NCBI GenBank assembly: GCA_965247375.1
Contig: CBDFHU010000025.1
Location: forward strand, 18,974-82,973
DNA length: 64,000 nucleotides
Origin: Arsenicibacter sp.
Lineage (GTDB): Bacteria; Bacteroidota; Bacteroidia; Cytophagales; Spirosomataceae
Direction: 5' to 3'
Shown here: one piece after another, positions 46,323-55,374 of the stretch
How positions within the stretch are numbered: the first letter of the stretch is position 1
Layout: each line of letters begins with the position of its first letter
Made by a program: the position numbers and the translations under genes
The notes under the pieces: model-generated
Told to the model about the DNA's origin: nothing
Database searches by the model: none
The model's input: only the letters and a program-made list of their open reading frames with translations

Positions 46323-46847
46323 TCAGATAAACTGTTCCTGAATTTCGGCTTTGACAAATTTCAGTGCTGCTGCCGTTGGCTGTTTATCCTGCTGAATAAT
46401 GTGTTCGAATAGTTTTTTGGCCAGTTCGATAGGCTGAGCATCCGGTAATGTACTGCCTGATGCCTGATTGATCAGGGTCACGACTTCATTCATTGCCGTC
46501 TGAATATGCTCCCAGGCAGCATCACTCATGTAAATCTGCTGCGACAGATTGTGGTTGTACTCATCCCGGATGTCCTGCAGCAGCAGCTGCTGAAACTCGA
46601 TTACTGTGGTCGCATTACCGCTCAGCCGGACCAGCAGATTATTCGGGCTGATGCGCTCCAGAAAAAGCACCATACGCTCGTAAGCCTGCAGGCGGATCGG
46701 AATTACCGTTTTTACGTATTCTGTTTTGGTCTCGTTTTTGTGCCGGTCAGCCTCCCGTTCCAGCAAAAGTTTCACGGTCAGATACATGCCGTAAAGAACC
46801 AGTGCCGCGGGGACAATCAACTTCAGCAAATCAGCAATCAGCTCCAT
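46323..46847 (-). CDS. Conserved Bacteroidota hypothetical protein with one N-terminal TM
   Basis: TM segment, then IRLQAYERMVLFLERISP...EYNHNLSQQIYMS. Confidence 0.8.
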   Translation of the reverse strand: MELIADLLKLIVPAALVLYGMYLTVKLLLEREADRHKNETKTEYVKTVIPIRLQAYERMVLFLERISPNNLLVRLSGNATTVIEFQQLLLQDIRDEYNHNLSQQIYMSDAAWEHIQTAMNEVVTLINQASGSTLPDAQPIELAKKLFEHIIQQDKQPTAAALKFVKAEIQEQFI

Positions 46848-46879
46848 TCTGTGTTTCGTTATGTGTGCGTAAAATTAGG

Positions 46880-46887
46880 TAACTTTG
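46880..46887 (+). promoter_or_regulatory. -7 element for the iscA-like gene and histidine kinase
   Basis: TAACTTTG, 80 nt before the ATG at 46968. Confidence 0.55.
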
Positions 46888-46967
46888 AAAAAAGGGCCTT
46901 GCCTCCGGACGACTTAAAATTGCCGGAAACGGGGGCAGGAGCCGGAAAACGTAACGGAAAACGGACC

Positions 46968-47280
46968 ATGTTTGTACTTGATCAGCCGGTGCGGCTTCAT
47001 GACGATGCCCGCACGCAGATAATTGATATTTTTCAGACCCAGAAAATTCCTGCCGAATACGGCCTCCGTGTTGGCATAAAGGGGCGGTGGCTGCGGGTCG
47101 TCTTGGCTGCTTGGCTTTGATCTGCCCGGTGCTTCCGACGAAGTGTATAACGTAGACGGCGTCCGGATCATTATAGATAAAAAACATCTTCTTTACGTGC
47201 TGGGGGCCGAAATCGGGTACGAGATGAGTGAAGAAGGCAGGGGATTTACGGTTGATAAGCGGTCAAACACAGACGGTTGA
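46968..47280 (+). pseudogene. IscA/HesB-like Fe-S assembly protein, frameshifted by one extra G
   Basis: Removing one G from GGGG (47081-47084) gives a 103-aa ORF, ...YGLRVGIKGGGCGSSWLLGFD...DEVYNVDGVRIIIDKKHLLYVLGAEIGY...GFTV. The span is 313 nt (3n+1). Confidence 0.8.
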
Positions 47281-47374
47281 CAAACCGGCCAGTATAAGTT
47301 ACCGATATGACCATGTAAAAACCGCCTTCTGGCACGATTTTTACTGCTACACGGGTAGCTTCTTATCCTGAATC

Positions 47375-50300
47375 GTGAAAATAGTCGAAAAACATATATT
47401 TCTTTTCCTGGCAATGCTGATGGTTTTTCTGTCAGCACTCTGCTATGTTTTTTTAGAAAGGGATGCGCCCGGGGCTACTGATGAGCAATACCTTGCCGCT
47501 ATTCAGGATCGGGTTAAAACGGAATTGCGTATCAGTACTGAAGAACTGATGCAGGTGACTGACCGCGTAAAAGAAACGAAAGATTTTGCATTTTCGAATC
47601 TCAGTTTTTCTACGCGTTATCCGTATTTTATCTTTCAGGATGGTAAAGTACTGTATTGGTCAGACCAGATTTTTGTACCCGAATATGAGCTCATTGCCAA
47701 TGTCGCGCACCCGGGGCTCGTAAATTTTGACCAGGGAAAATACATTGTCAGCCGCCAGAAAGTCGTTAAAAACGGCCATCGGTATGATATTTATTCGCTG
47801 GTGATGGTGTACCGCCATTATAATAACACCAACACCTACCTGCAATCCGGATACAATCCGACCCTGTTTCCGATTGAGCCTAAAGCCATTTCGATGCAGA
47901 AGGCCAAACCGTACCAGAATATCTACGATAACTCGCCGGTCTTTTTGTTTTCAGTAACCCCGCCGCATATTCAGGCTTACCGTAACCATACTACGCCGGT
48001 TAATACCGTTATTCTGGCGACGCTCGGAGTCTTATTTCTGGGACTGTATGTAATCCGGCTCATGATCCGCTTTGGCCGGAAACGGCAGTTTGAGGCCGGT
48101 TTCTTTGTCCTGCTGGCTTACCTGCTGATGCTGCGGGGCGTTATGCTGTATTTCGGCGTACCGTTCCTGTTTATCGATACGGATCTGTTTAACCCTAAGT
48201 TTTACGCCTCATCCGTTATTGCGCCCTCGCTCAGTGACATGCTGCTGAACGCGCTGGCGGTTGTTATTCTGGGCTTATACATGATCGCCTATTATTACCG
48301 GACACGCACCTTCCGGTTTCTGATCCGGCAGCATGACTGGGTGAAACTTCTTGTATCGGTAAGCACTGTAATTGCCGGCTACGTAGTGTTTTACCTGTGT
48401 TACACGGAACTGAATAATATTTACGAGAAGTCGCAGTATATGCTCGATATTTCATTGAGCATTCATTTTACCCATCTGAAAATTGCCTGTCTGCTGGTGT
48501 TTGTCAGTATTTCGCTGATCTATTTTCTGGCCCTGCATTTACTGACCAGTCTGTTTATCCGATTTAATAATGATCTGCGGCAGGGCTGGCTGGCTTTTCT
48601 GGTCGGGACTGTACTGTCGGCAGTATTATACTACGCGGTCGGTGTGATTGCCGAGCTGGTGTGGGTACTGAACGGCGTTTACTTCATTGTTCTTTACCTG
48701 ACACGTTTTCCGAGGATCTTATACACGTTCCGGTATCAAACCTCGATTTATCTGTTTTTTGCCGCTTTTATCTGTGCCCTGACAACCGCTTATGTTGTTT
48801 ACCGGCAGGAAATCAGGAAGGATGTAGCGCAGAAAAAGGATTTCGGGGCGCGGCTCCTTGCCGAAAACGATGTATTGGGCGAATTTCTGCTCGATAAGGC
48901 ACGGGGGGCGATTGCCGTCGATTATGAAATCCGGAAGTCATTCCGGCGGGATTCCATTCTTGGTAGCGCACGGATTCAGCATCGGGTGAAAAGTACGTAT
49001 CTGGAGAAATATTTTGAGAAATACGACGTAGAAGTACTTTCGTTCGACGCCGATGGTAATCCGCTGGAACACCGGCCGAATGCGGTGGATTATAAGGAAT
49101 ATGATGCCCCCTACCGGACAGACCGGTTCAAAACGCAGTATAACGGGTTATACTTCATCAACGAGGTTGGCAATAACATTATCAAGCAATACATCGGCTT
49201 TATTGACGTCTACGGGCAAGATCCTGACAGCACGCTGATCGGCCGGCTGGTACTGGATCTGAAGCTGCGGAATGAAACCCCTAAAAACGTGTATCTTGAA
49301 TTACTGGTAGACAAGAAACTCATTCAGTCGCCGGAGAGTCAGGATTATAGCTACGTCATTTACGGTGGGTCGCCGAAGTCCATTATGTACAGTACGGGCA
49401 GCTATAACTATGACCGGAAAATGCCGCAATGGATGCTTGAACGGCCTGAACTCTACGATGAGGGGATAACGCTGAACGGCTATAAACACGTTGGTTTACA
49501 GGGTAAAAACGGCCGGACAATTGTTACCTCGTCGCTGGAATTTCCGATCAGCAGCATTCTGTCTAATTTTTCCTTTCTGTTCCTGATTCTGGTCCTGACC
49601 GTCATTGTGGCAATCATGACGTACGCCATCCGGTATCAGATATCGCATTTCAGTGTCAACTATTCAACGCGGATTCAGATCCTGCTGAACATTGCCTTTT
49701 TCCTGCCGCTGCTGCTGGTGATGGTGATCATTTTGGGGGTAATTACCTCAAATTATGTTTCGAATCAGGAAACGGCGTTTATCAGCAACACACGCAACAT
49801 TGCCTCCAACTTCCTGTCGTATCTGGATGAATACCAGCAGGGAAAACGAAGTCTGGAGTCGGCTCAGGAAGAACTGAAAAAGATTGCCAGAGACGTGGAT
49901 ACAGACATTAATGTATTTGACACAACGGGTGTTTTGTTTACGTCGACGCGTCCGCTGATGTATGAGAGCGGCCATCTGTCAAAGCGCATTAATCCGGCTG
50001 CCTACATTCACCTGATTGAGAACAAGGAAAAGCAGGTACTGTTGAGTGAATCGCTGGGCAGCAAGGATTACCGCACGGCGTACGCGGGCATCAAATCCTA
50101 CAACGGCCGTCTGCTGGGTGTACTGAGTGTGCCGTATTTCTACGCGCAGCCGGAACTCGATGAGCAGGTGAGCGAGGTGGTAGCCTCCACGCTGAACGTG
50201 TTTATGATTCTGTTTATCGTGTTTCTGATATTGTCATACATCGCTTCGAACTCGCTGACGGGCCCGTTACGGCTGATTACCCAGAAAATCCGGCGGACAA

Positions 50301-51157
50301 ACCTGGACAAGCTCAACGAGCCGCTCGACTGGAAGTCTGATGACGAAATCGGGCTGCTGGTCGGGGAATACAACCGGATGCTGGTGAAGCTGGAGGAAAG
50401 CAAGCAGGCCCTTTCGGTAAGCGAGAAGCAATCGGCATGGCGTGAAATGGCCAAGCAGATTGCGCATGAAATTAAAAATCCGCTGACGCCGATGAAACTG
50501 ACGCTGCAGCATCTGCAGCGGACAATGCCGGTGGGCGAAGAAGATAGCCGGGCGCGGCGGATCATTAAGAATGCCTTTGAATCGTTGCTGGAACAGATCG
50601 ACAACATCAGCGAAGTTGCGGCTTCATTTTCGGAACTGGCCAAAATGCCGCTCCCGAAAAACGAAATGTTTGAGATTACCTCCGTGCTGAACAAAGCAGC
50701 TGATTTGTATGCTGATGACGAGCGCAATAACATCTTCAAGGATATTATGCAGGGGCCGATCATGGTTATCGGAGACCGGCAGATGACTGGCCGTATCATT
50801 ACGAACCTCATCATCAACGGTATTCAGTCAGTGCCTCAGGGGCGTAAGCCAAGCATTGAACTGAAGCTGTTTACTACAGAAGAAGAAGTTCAGATTGAGA
50901 TTCACGATAATGGAACCGGGATTCCGGAGTCCATCCGGGCAAAGGTATTTCTGCCCAACTTCAGTACAAAGAAAGACGGTTCCGGGTTAGGACTTGCGAT
51001 TGCAAAGCGCGGTATCGAACACGTTGGCGGGAGTATCTGGTTTGAGACCACCGAAGATGTAGGAACGTCGTTTTTTGTGACGCTGCCACTGGCCCAGCGG
51101 GCTAACGGCACGAGTGGAAGCCTCTCAAAACATCCGGAAGGAGTTATCCGGCGGTAA
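47375..51157 (+). CDS. Large multi-TM sensor histidine kinase (HAMP-HisKA-HATPase)
   Basis: About 11-13 TM segments, DEIGLLVGEYNRM (HAMP), AHEIKNPLTPMKL, NLIINGIQ, DNGTGI, FSTK..GSGLGL. GTG start. Confidence 0.92.
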   Translation: MKIVEKHIFLFLAMLMVFLSALCYVFLERDAPGATDEQYLAAIQDRVKTELRISTEELMQVTDRVKETKDFAFSNLSFSTRYPYFIFQDGKVLYWSDQIFVPEYELIANVAHPGLVNFDQGKYIVSRQKVVKNGHRYDIYSLVMVYRHYNNTNTYLQSGYNPTLFPIEPKAISMQKAKPYQNIYDNSPVFLFSVTPPHIQAYRNHTTPVNTVILATLGVLFLGLYVIRLMIRFGRKRQFEAGFFVLLAYLLMLRGVMLYFGVPFLFIDTDLFNPKFYASSVIAPSLSDMLLNALAVVILGLYMIAYYYRTRTFRFLIRQHDWVKLLVSVSTVIAGYVVFYLCYTELNNIYEKSQYMLDISLSIHFTHLKIACLLVFVSISLIYFLALHLLTSLFIRFNNDLRQGWLAFLVGTVLSAVLYYAVGVIAELVWVLNGVYFIVLYLTRFPRILYTFRYQTSIYLFFAAFICALTTAYVVYRQEIRKDVAQKKDFGARLLAENDVLGEFLLDKARGAIAVDYEIRKSFRRDSILGSARIQHRVKSTYLEKYFEKYDVEVLSFDADGNPLEHRPNAVDYKEYDAPYRTDRFKTQYNGLYFINEVGNNIIKQYIGFIDVYGQDPDSTLIGRLVLDLKLRNETPKNVYLELLVDKKLIQSPESQDYSYVIYGGSPKSIMYSTGSYNYDRKMPQWMLERPELYDEGITLNGYKHVGLQGKNGRTIVTSSLEFPISSILSNFSFLFLILVLTVIVAIMTYAIRYQISHFSVNYSTRIQILLNIAFFLPLLLVMVIILGVITSNYVSNQETAFISNTRNIASNFLSYLDEYQQGKRSLESAQEELKKIARDVDTDINVFDTTGVLFTSTRPLMYESGHLSKRINPAAYIHLIENKEKQVLLSESLGSKDYRTAYAGIKSYNGRLLGVLSVPYFYAQPELDEQVSEVVASTLNVFMILFIVFLILSYIASNSLTGPLRLITQKIRRTNLDKLNEPLDWKSDDEIGLLVGEYNRMLVKLEESKQALSVSEKQSAWREMAKQIAHEIKNPLTPMKLTLQHLQRTMPVGEEDSRARRIIKNAFESLLEQIDNISEVAASFSELAKMPLPKNEMFEITSVLNKAADLYADDERNNIFKDIMQGPIMVIGDRQMTGRIITNLIINGIQSVPQGRKPSIELKLFTTEEEVQIEIHDNGTGIPESIRAKVFLPNFSTKKDGSGLGLAIAKRGIEHVGGSIWFETTEDVGTSFFVTLPLAQRANGTSGSLSKHPEGVIRR

Positions 51158-51186
51158 GGGTTCAGTAAAACATACCGGTAGTTTGC

Positions 51187-51220
51187 AGAAAAGGGGGTAT
51201 CGGCTGATATCCCCTTTTCT
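51187..51220. terminator. Bidirectional intrinsic terminator
   Basis: AGAAAAGGGGGTATC-GGCT-GATATCCCCTTTTCT. Confidence 0.8.
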
Positions 51221-51225
51221 GTGTG

Positions 51226-51792
51226 CTAATCATCAATCGTGACGTGTTTCCAGTTTTCTCCCGAACGGATGCGGTTGAGCTGGGTATGCGTAATTCCGAA
51301 CTGCTTGGCGATCATCTTAAGCCGGTTTTTGTCGTTCCGCAGCAGCTTTTTAATGATTTTTACCTTTGTTTCCGTCAGCTTGTAATTACTGGTCTGACGG
51401 GGTTGGGGACGGTTCTTGAGATTTGGATTGTTCCGGTTGTGCTCAATCATTTCTTCTTTTGACACCCACTTCAGATTCAGATGGTAGTTGTTCATCTTAT
51501 CATGATCAAGGTGGATTACAAAAGTGTGCTCCGGTTGCAGGCGTTTTACAAAAAACTCGGCGACCAGCTTGTGTACATAACGGTTGAGCGTTTTTCCTTG
51601 TGAACGAATGTTTAAGGAACGATACCCCTGAATAACCGACCCTTTAATAATAGTCCCCTGTACGGCACCGGATTGGAAACTCCGGATCCGGCCGTAGTTG
51701 GAAACCTCGTAATGGGGAGGGTTTTCAACAATATCAAACGGAATGGTTACCCACTTCTCATTCCAGTAACTTTGATTCTTTTTGTCATTCAT
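51226..51792 (-). CDS. NUMOD4 + HNH-like + C-terminal helical DNA-binding protein
   Basis: EKWVTIP...YEVSNYGRIRS (NUMOD4); YVHKLVAEFF...VIHLDHDKMNNYHLNLKWVS (HNH); KLTETKVKIIK...IAKQFGIT...RIRSGENWKHV (HTH-like). Confidence 0.85.
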   Translation of the reverse strand: MNDKKNQSYWNEKWVTIPFDIVENPPHYEVSNYGRIRSFQSGAVQGTIIKGSVIQGYRSLNIRSQGKTLNRYVHKLVAEFFVKRLQPEHTFVIHLDHDKMNNYHLNLKWVSKEEMIEHNRNNPNLKNRPQPRQTSNYKLTETKVKIIKKLLRNDKNRLKMIAKQFGITHTQLNRIRSGENWKHVTIDD

Positions 51793-52108
51793 TTTTCACA
51801 AAAAAGTAGAAGTGAAATAGATTGAGTAGGATACCTGTTTGTTTATATAAACTTAAACAAAATACTGAGGAAAAGGTTAAGCATTGCTGCTAATTTAATA
51901 GATGAATCGTTTTATGTCGCTCATGCTAGCAAAAAAGTTCATTTAAATGGACATAGTTGGTTATTGAACTAATTTGAAGAAAAGATAAACAAAAGGTGCC
52001 GCATAAGAAAGTAAAAATCAAAAAAAGAATTAATCTGTTTCTTATAAAAGACGCTATTGTTTCGTGAAGGTAACAGAGTAATTGTAAATAAATAGGGGAA
52101 GAACAACT

Positions 52109-52477
52109 ATGTTAACAGATAAAAAGACGTTGATTCTGGGCGCTTCAGAAAACCCGGACCGCTACGCAAACCGTGCCGCACTCAGCTTGCTGAACCACGG
52201 GCACGCCATCGAACTGGTGGGCTTACGGCAGGGGCATATACGCGGGAATGCCATTCAGACCGGCCAGCCGGTACTGACCGGAATAGATACGGTGACCATG
52301 TACGTCGGGCCCCGCAACCAGCCGCAGTATTATGACTATATTAAAGCGTTAAAACCACGGCGGGTTATTTTTAATCCCGGTGCAGAAAATCCTGAGTTTG
52401 AGCAGCAACTGAAAAAGGAGGGTATCGAACCTGTCGAAGCCTGTACGCTGGTTATGCTTTCGATCGGTAATTATTGA
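52109..52477 (+). CDS. CoA-binding protein (YccU-like)
   Basis: TLILGASENPDRYAN, IDTVTMYVGP, VIFNPGAEN, EACTLVML. Confidence 0.88.
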   Translation: MLTDKKTLILGASENPDRYANRAALSLLNHGHAIELVGLRQGHIRGNAIQTGQPVLTGIDTVTMYVGPRNQPQYYDYIKALKPRRVIFNPGAENPEFEQQLKKEGIEPVEACTLVMLSIGNY

Positions 52478-52487
52478 CAGTGATTCA

Positions 52488-52543
52488 AATGATTGAGTGA
52501 TTGAATGATTTAGTGCGTTTTTCAATTCAATCACTCAGTCATT
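52488..52543. repeat. Inverted repeat built from 8-nt TGATTGAR units
   Basis: AATGATTGAGTGATTGAAT (52488-52506) and ATTCAATCACTCAGTCATT (52525-52543), one G-T mismatch. Confidence 0.85.
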
Positions 52544-53545
52544 CTACCATTTTATCAGCGCTGAGGCCCAGGTAAAGCCGCTGCCGAACGCGGCAAGACA
52601 AACAAGGTCACCGGGTTTCACGCGTCCCTGTTCCCAGGCTTCTGTCAATGCAATCGGAATGGAAGCGGCCGTTGTGTTGCCATACAGGTGAATGTTACTC
52701 ATTACCTTTTCTTCGGGCAGATTCATCTGCTGGCGGACATAGTCCGAAATCCGGATGTTGGCCTGGTGCGGAACCAGTAAAGAAATATCACTTGCCGAGT
52801 ACCCGTTGGCTTTCAGGCTTTCATTGATTACCTCCGAAAAGCGGACAACGGCATGTTTAAACACTGCGTTGCCGTTCATAATCACATCAATACCGCCCTC
52901 ATCCAGCATGTCTTTGGTGACCGCACGGCCCGGACGGCTGCTGCCCGGGTCTTTGACATACAACTCTTCGGCATACCGGCCGTCGGCATGCAGGTGCGTT
53001 GACAGTACACGATGCTCCGGATCAGTGGAGGCCTGCACTACGGCAGCACCGGCACCATCGCCGAAAATAACGGCCACATTCCGGCCTTCGGTACTTTTGT
53101 TGATCCAGGACGACTGAATTTCGGAGCCGACAATCAGAACGTTTTTATACATGCCGGTCCGGATAAACTGGTCGGCAATGGAAAGAGCATAGACGAAGCC
53201 GGAACACTGGTTGCGGATATCAATCACCCCGATACCATCCAGCCCGAGTTCGCGCTGCATGAGGAAGGCAGAACCCGGAAAAAAATAATCCGGTGTGATG
53301 GTCGCATAAACGATCAGATCAATGGCCGACGCCTCAATGCCAGCCCGTTCGATGGCCATGCGGGAAGCCGCCGTTGCCATACTGGCATTCGTATCTTTTC
53401 CGTAGGTGAAATAACGCCGTTGCTGTATACCGGTACGCTCACGGATCCAGGCATCCGAGGTTTCCATGTATTGCGTCAGGTCATCGTTGGTTACAATATT
53501 GTCGGGGACATAAAAGCCGAGTCCCGTTATGGTCGAGTACGTCAT
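52544..53545 (-). CDS. fabH: 3-oxoacyl-ACP synthase III family protein
   Basis: WIRERTGIQQRR, NQCSGF, FGDGAGA, PHQANIRI, GNTTAASIP, AFGSGFTW. ATG at 53545. Confidence 0.88.
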   Translation of the reverse strand: MTYSTITGLGFYVPDNIVTNDDLTQYMETSDAWIRERTGIQQRRYFTYGKDTNASMATAASRMAIERAGIEASAIDLIVYATITPDYFFPGSAFLMQRELGLDGIGVIDIRNQCSGFVYALSIADQFIRTGMYKNVLIVGSEIQSSWINKSTEGRNVAVIFGDGAGAAVVQASTDPEHRVLSTHLHADGRYAEELYVKDPGSSRPGRAVTKDMLDEGGIDVIMNGNAVFKHAVVRFSEVINESLKANGYSASDISLLVPHQANIRISDYVRQQMNLPEEKVMSNIHLYGNTTAASIPIALTEAWEQGRVKPGDLVCLAAFGSGFTWASALIKW

Positions 53546-53674
53546 AGTATTGCAATAAAGCAAAAAAAGCCCGGCTAAAATAGCACTTTATTCGGGGAGG
53601 ATTGTCGTATCCATGAATAAAGTCCTGAATTTGCCGGGATAGTGCAAAAAAAGTATGCAATTTTTACTGTTTGC

Positions 53675-53926
53675 TTACGCTGTATGTAACGTAAAGCTAT
53701 ATTCTTCCATGATCAGGTTTGCCAACAGCTGCCGGCACGCTTCGTCGACAGTTGCTGTAGCGGCTTCTTCGCTTTCAGCGTCAACTTCTAACCGGATGTG
53801 TTTCCCGATACGAACGTCTCCGACATTGTCGATGTGCAGGTTGTGGAGGCCAAGCCGAACCGCTTTTCCTTGAGGATCCAGAATTTCTTTCCGGGGCATT
53901 ACGTCGATTTCTGCGAAAAATTTCAT
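53675..53926 (-). CDS. purS: FGAM synthase subunit PurS
   Basis: EILDPQGKAV, VRIGKHI, LLANLIMEEY. ATG at 53926. Confidence 0.92.
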   Translation of the reverse strand: MKFFAEIDVMPRKEILDPQGKAVRLGLHNLHIDNVGDVRIGKHIRLEVDAESEEAATATVDEACRQLLANLIMEEYSFTLHTA

Positions 53927-54039
53927 GAATGATAAAGAGTGAGAGAGTGAAAGAGTTAAAGAGCGAAAGAGTTGTGTATAGTGCTTGGACAAACATGCCG
54001 GGAATACCGCTCTTTCAGTCTTTCGCTCTTTCGCTCATT
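53927..54039. repeat. Inverted repeat built from 8-nt GAAAGAGY units
   Basis: TAAAGAGT GAGAGAGT GAAAGAGT TAAAGAGC GAAAGAGT ... GCTCTTTC AGTCTTTC GCTCTTTC GCTCATT. Confidence 0.85.
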
Positions 54040-54701
54040 GACAATACCACATACAACCCGATAATCAGAGGCAGGGCTGCGAACCGCAAAATTAACAGAA
54101 GTAGGGCGGAAAGAATCAGAAAAATGTATTTTATTTTATTTGCCTGCCAGCTGAAGGTCTTAAATTTCAGCGCCAGCAAAGGCAATTCGGCGACCAGCAT
54201 AAACGAAAAAAGCGTAATGGCCGCCAGCACATACGGGTTGTACCAATAGGTGGTCAGTTCGGGCTGGTAATGGCTCATAAACGGGAACGAGGCAATCATC
54301 AGGCTGTTGGCCGGGGTCGGTACGCCGATGAAGCCGTCTGCCTGCCGGGTGTCAATGTTGAAATTGGCCAGCCGGATTGCCGACAGTATGGTGATTAGAA
54401 ACGCACCATAGGCGAACAGGCCCATGTCCAGTCCCTGCGCCAGTTTGAAGACCAGAATGCCGGGCAGCAGGCCAAACGTAACCATGTCGGCGAGCGAATC
54501 CAGCTCTTTGCCGAAGGGACCGGATGCATGAACCAGCCGGGCCACAAACCCATCACCGAAATCAAGAATGGCCGCCACAACCATCAGCCAGGCAGCCGTT
54601 ACCAGATCACCGTTCAGTGCCATCACGATGGCAATGCTCCCGCAGAGCAGGTTGCCGCACGTCATGGTATTGGGTATTTGCTTGATAATTTTTGACAGCA
54701 T
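54015..54701 (-). CDS. pssA: CDP-diacylglycerol--serine O-phosphatidyltransferase
   Basis: IPNTMTCGNL, DFGDGFVAR...FGKELDSLADMVTFG, RLANFN, FIGVPTP. Confidence 0.85.
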   Translation of the reverse strand: MLSKIIKQIPNTMTCGNLLCGSIAIVMALNGDLVTAAWLMVVAAILDFGDGFVARLVHASGPFGKELDSLADMVTFGLLPGILVFKLAQGLDMGLFAYGAFLITILSAIRLANFNIDTRQADGFIGVPTPANSLMIASFPFMSHYQPELTTYWYNPYVLAAITLFSFMLVAELPLLALKFKTFSWQANKIKYIFLILSALLLLILRFAALPLIIGLYVVLSMSERAKD

Positions 54702-54731
54702 ATATATAGGTATCAACAGCGTATCCGGTCA

Positions 54732-55373
54732 TTACTCCATCCGGATAAACGGGTTCGTTTTTTTCTCGCGGCCGATGGTTGTCGGGTCCATGTGGCCGGC
54801 ATACACCGTAAAATCGTCCGGCAGGGTATACAGTTTGGCCCGGATACTGTTCAGCAAAGCCTGATGATCGCAGTAGGGAAAATCGGTCCGGCCGATGCTG
54901 CCCTTAAACAGCACATCGCCGCCGATCACATACCGGTTTTTGTGATTGACAAATACTACATGACCGGGAGCGTGTCCGGGGGTGTGTAACACATCAAGTG
55001 TCGTGTTGCCGAATGTAATTTTGTCGCCCTCATGCAGAAAGACATCAACGTCTGTAGGGTCGTAGCCTCTGAGGCCGTACATTTCCATGCGCTTCGGGAC
55101 ATCGTTGAAAATCACCATATCGAGCTCATGCAGGTACATTTTCACGCCATATTTACGTTTGACATACGCACTGCCAAATACGTGGTCCAGGTGCGAATGG
55201 GTCTGGAGCAGGTGGGTAACTGTCAGGTGTTGACTATCGATGAAGTTGGCGAGGGTTTCCTTTTCGGCCTGTTCATAGCAGCCCGGATCAATGACCACCG
55301 CTTTTTTTGTCTCATCGTCAACAACAATGTAGGTGTTTTCCTGAAACGGGGAAAACGTGAATGCCTTAACCAT
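54732..55373 (-). CDS. MBL-fold metallo-hydrolase (glyoxalase II/YcbL-like)
   Basis: THSHLDHVFG, TPGHAPGH, GDVLFKGSIGRTD, GH. ATG at 55373. Confidence 0.9.
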   Translation of the reverse strand: MVKAFTFSPFQENTYIVVDDETKKAVVIDPGCYEQAEKETLANFIDSQHLTVTHLLQTHSHLDHVFGSAYVKRKYGVKMYLHELDMVIFNDVPKRMEMYGLRGYDPTDVDVFLHEGDKITFGNTTLDVLHTPGHAPGHVVFVNHKNRYVIGGDVLFKGSIGRTDFPYCDHQALLNSIRAKLYTLPDDFTVYAGHMDPTTIGREKKTNPFIRME

Positions 55374-55374
55374 G

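Noticed and set aside
47078-47084. A-AAG-GGG as a programmed -1 frameshift site
   Set aside because: Restoring the IscA frame needs +1 (skip one G). A -1 shift gives the wrong frame.
46506-47120. 204-aa + strand ORF from the track
   Set aside because: Its first 154 codons are antisense shadow or intergenic sequence. Only the last 50 codons are real (N-terminal part of the frameshifted iscA-like gene).
51226-51792. HNH gene as part of a group I intron or prophage
   Set aside because: No interrupted host gene, splice-site context or phage genes. Treated as a stand-alone gene.
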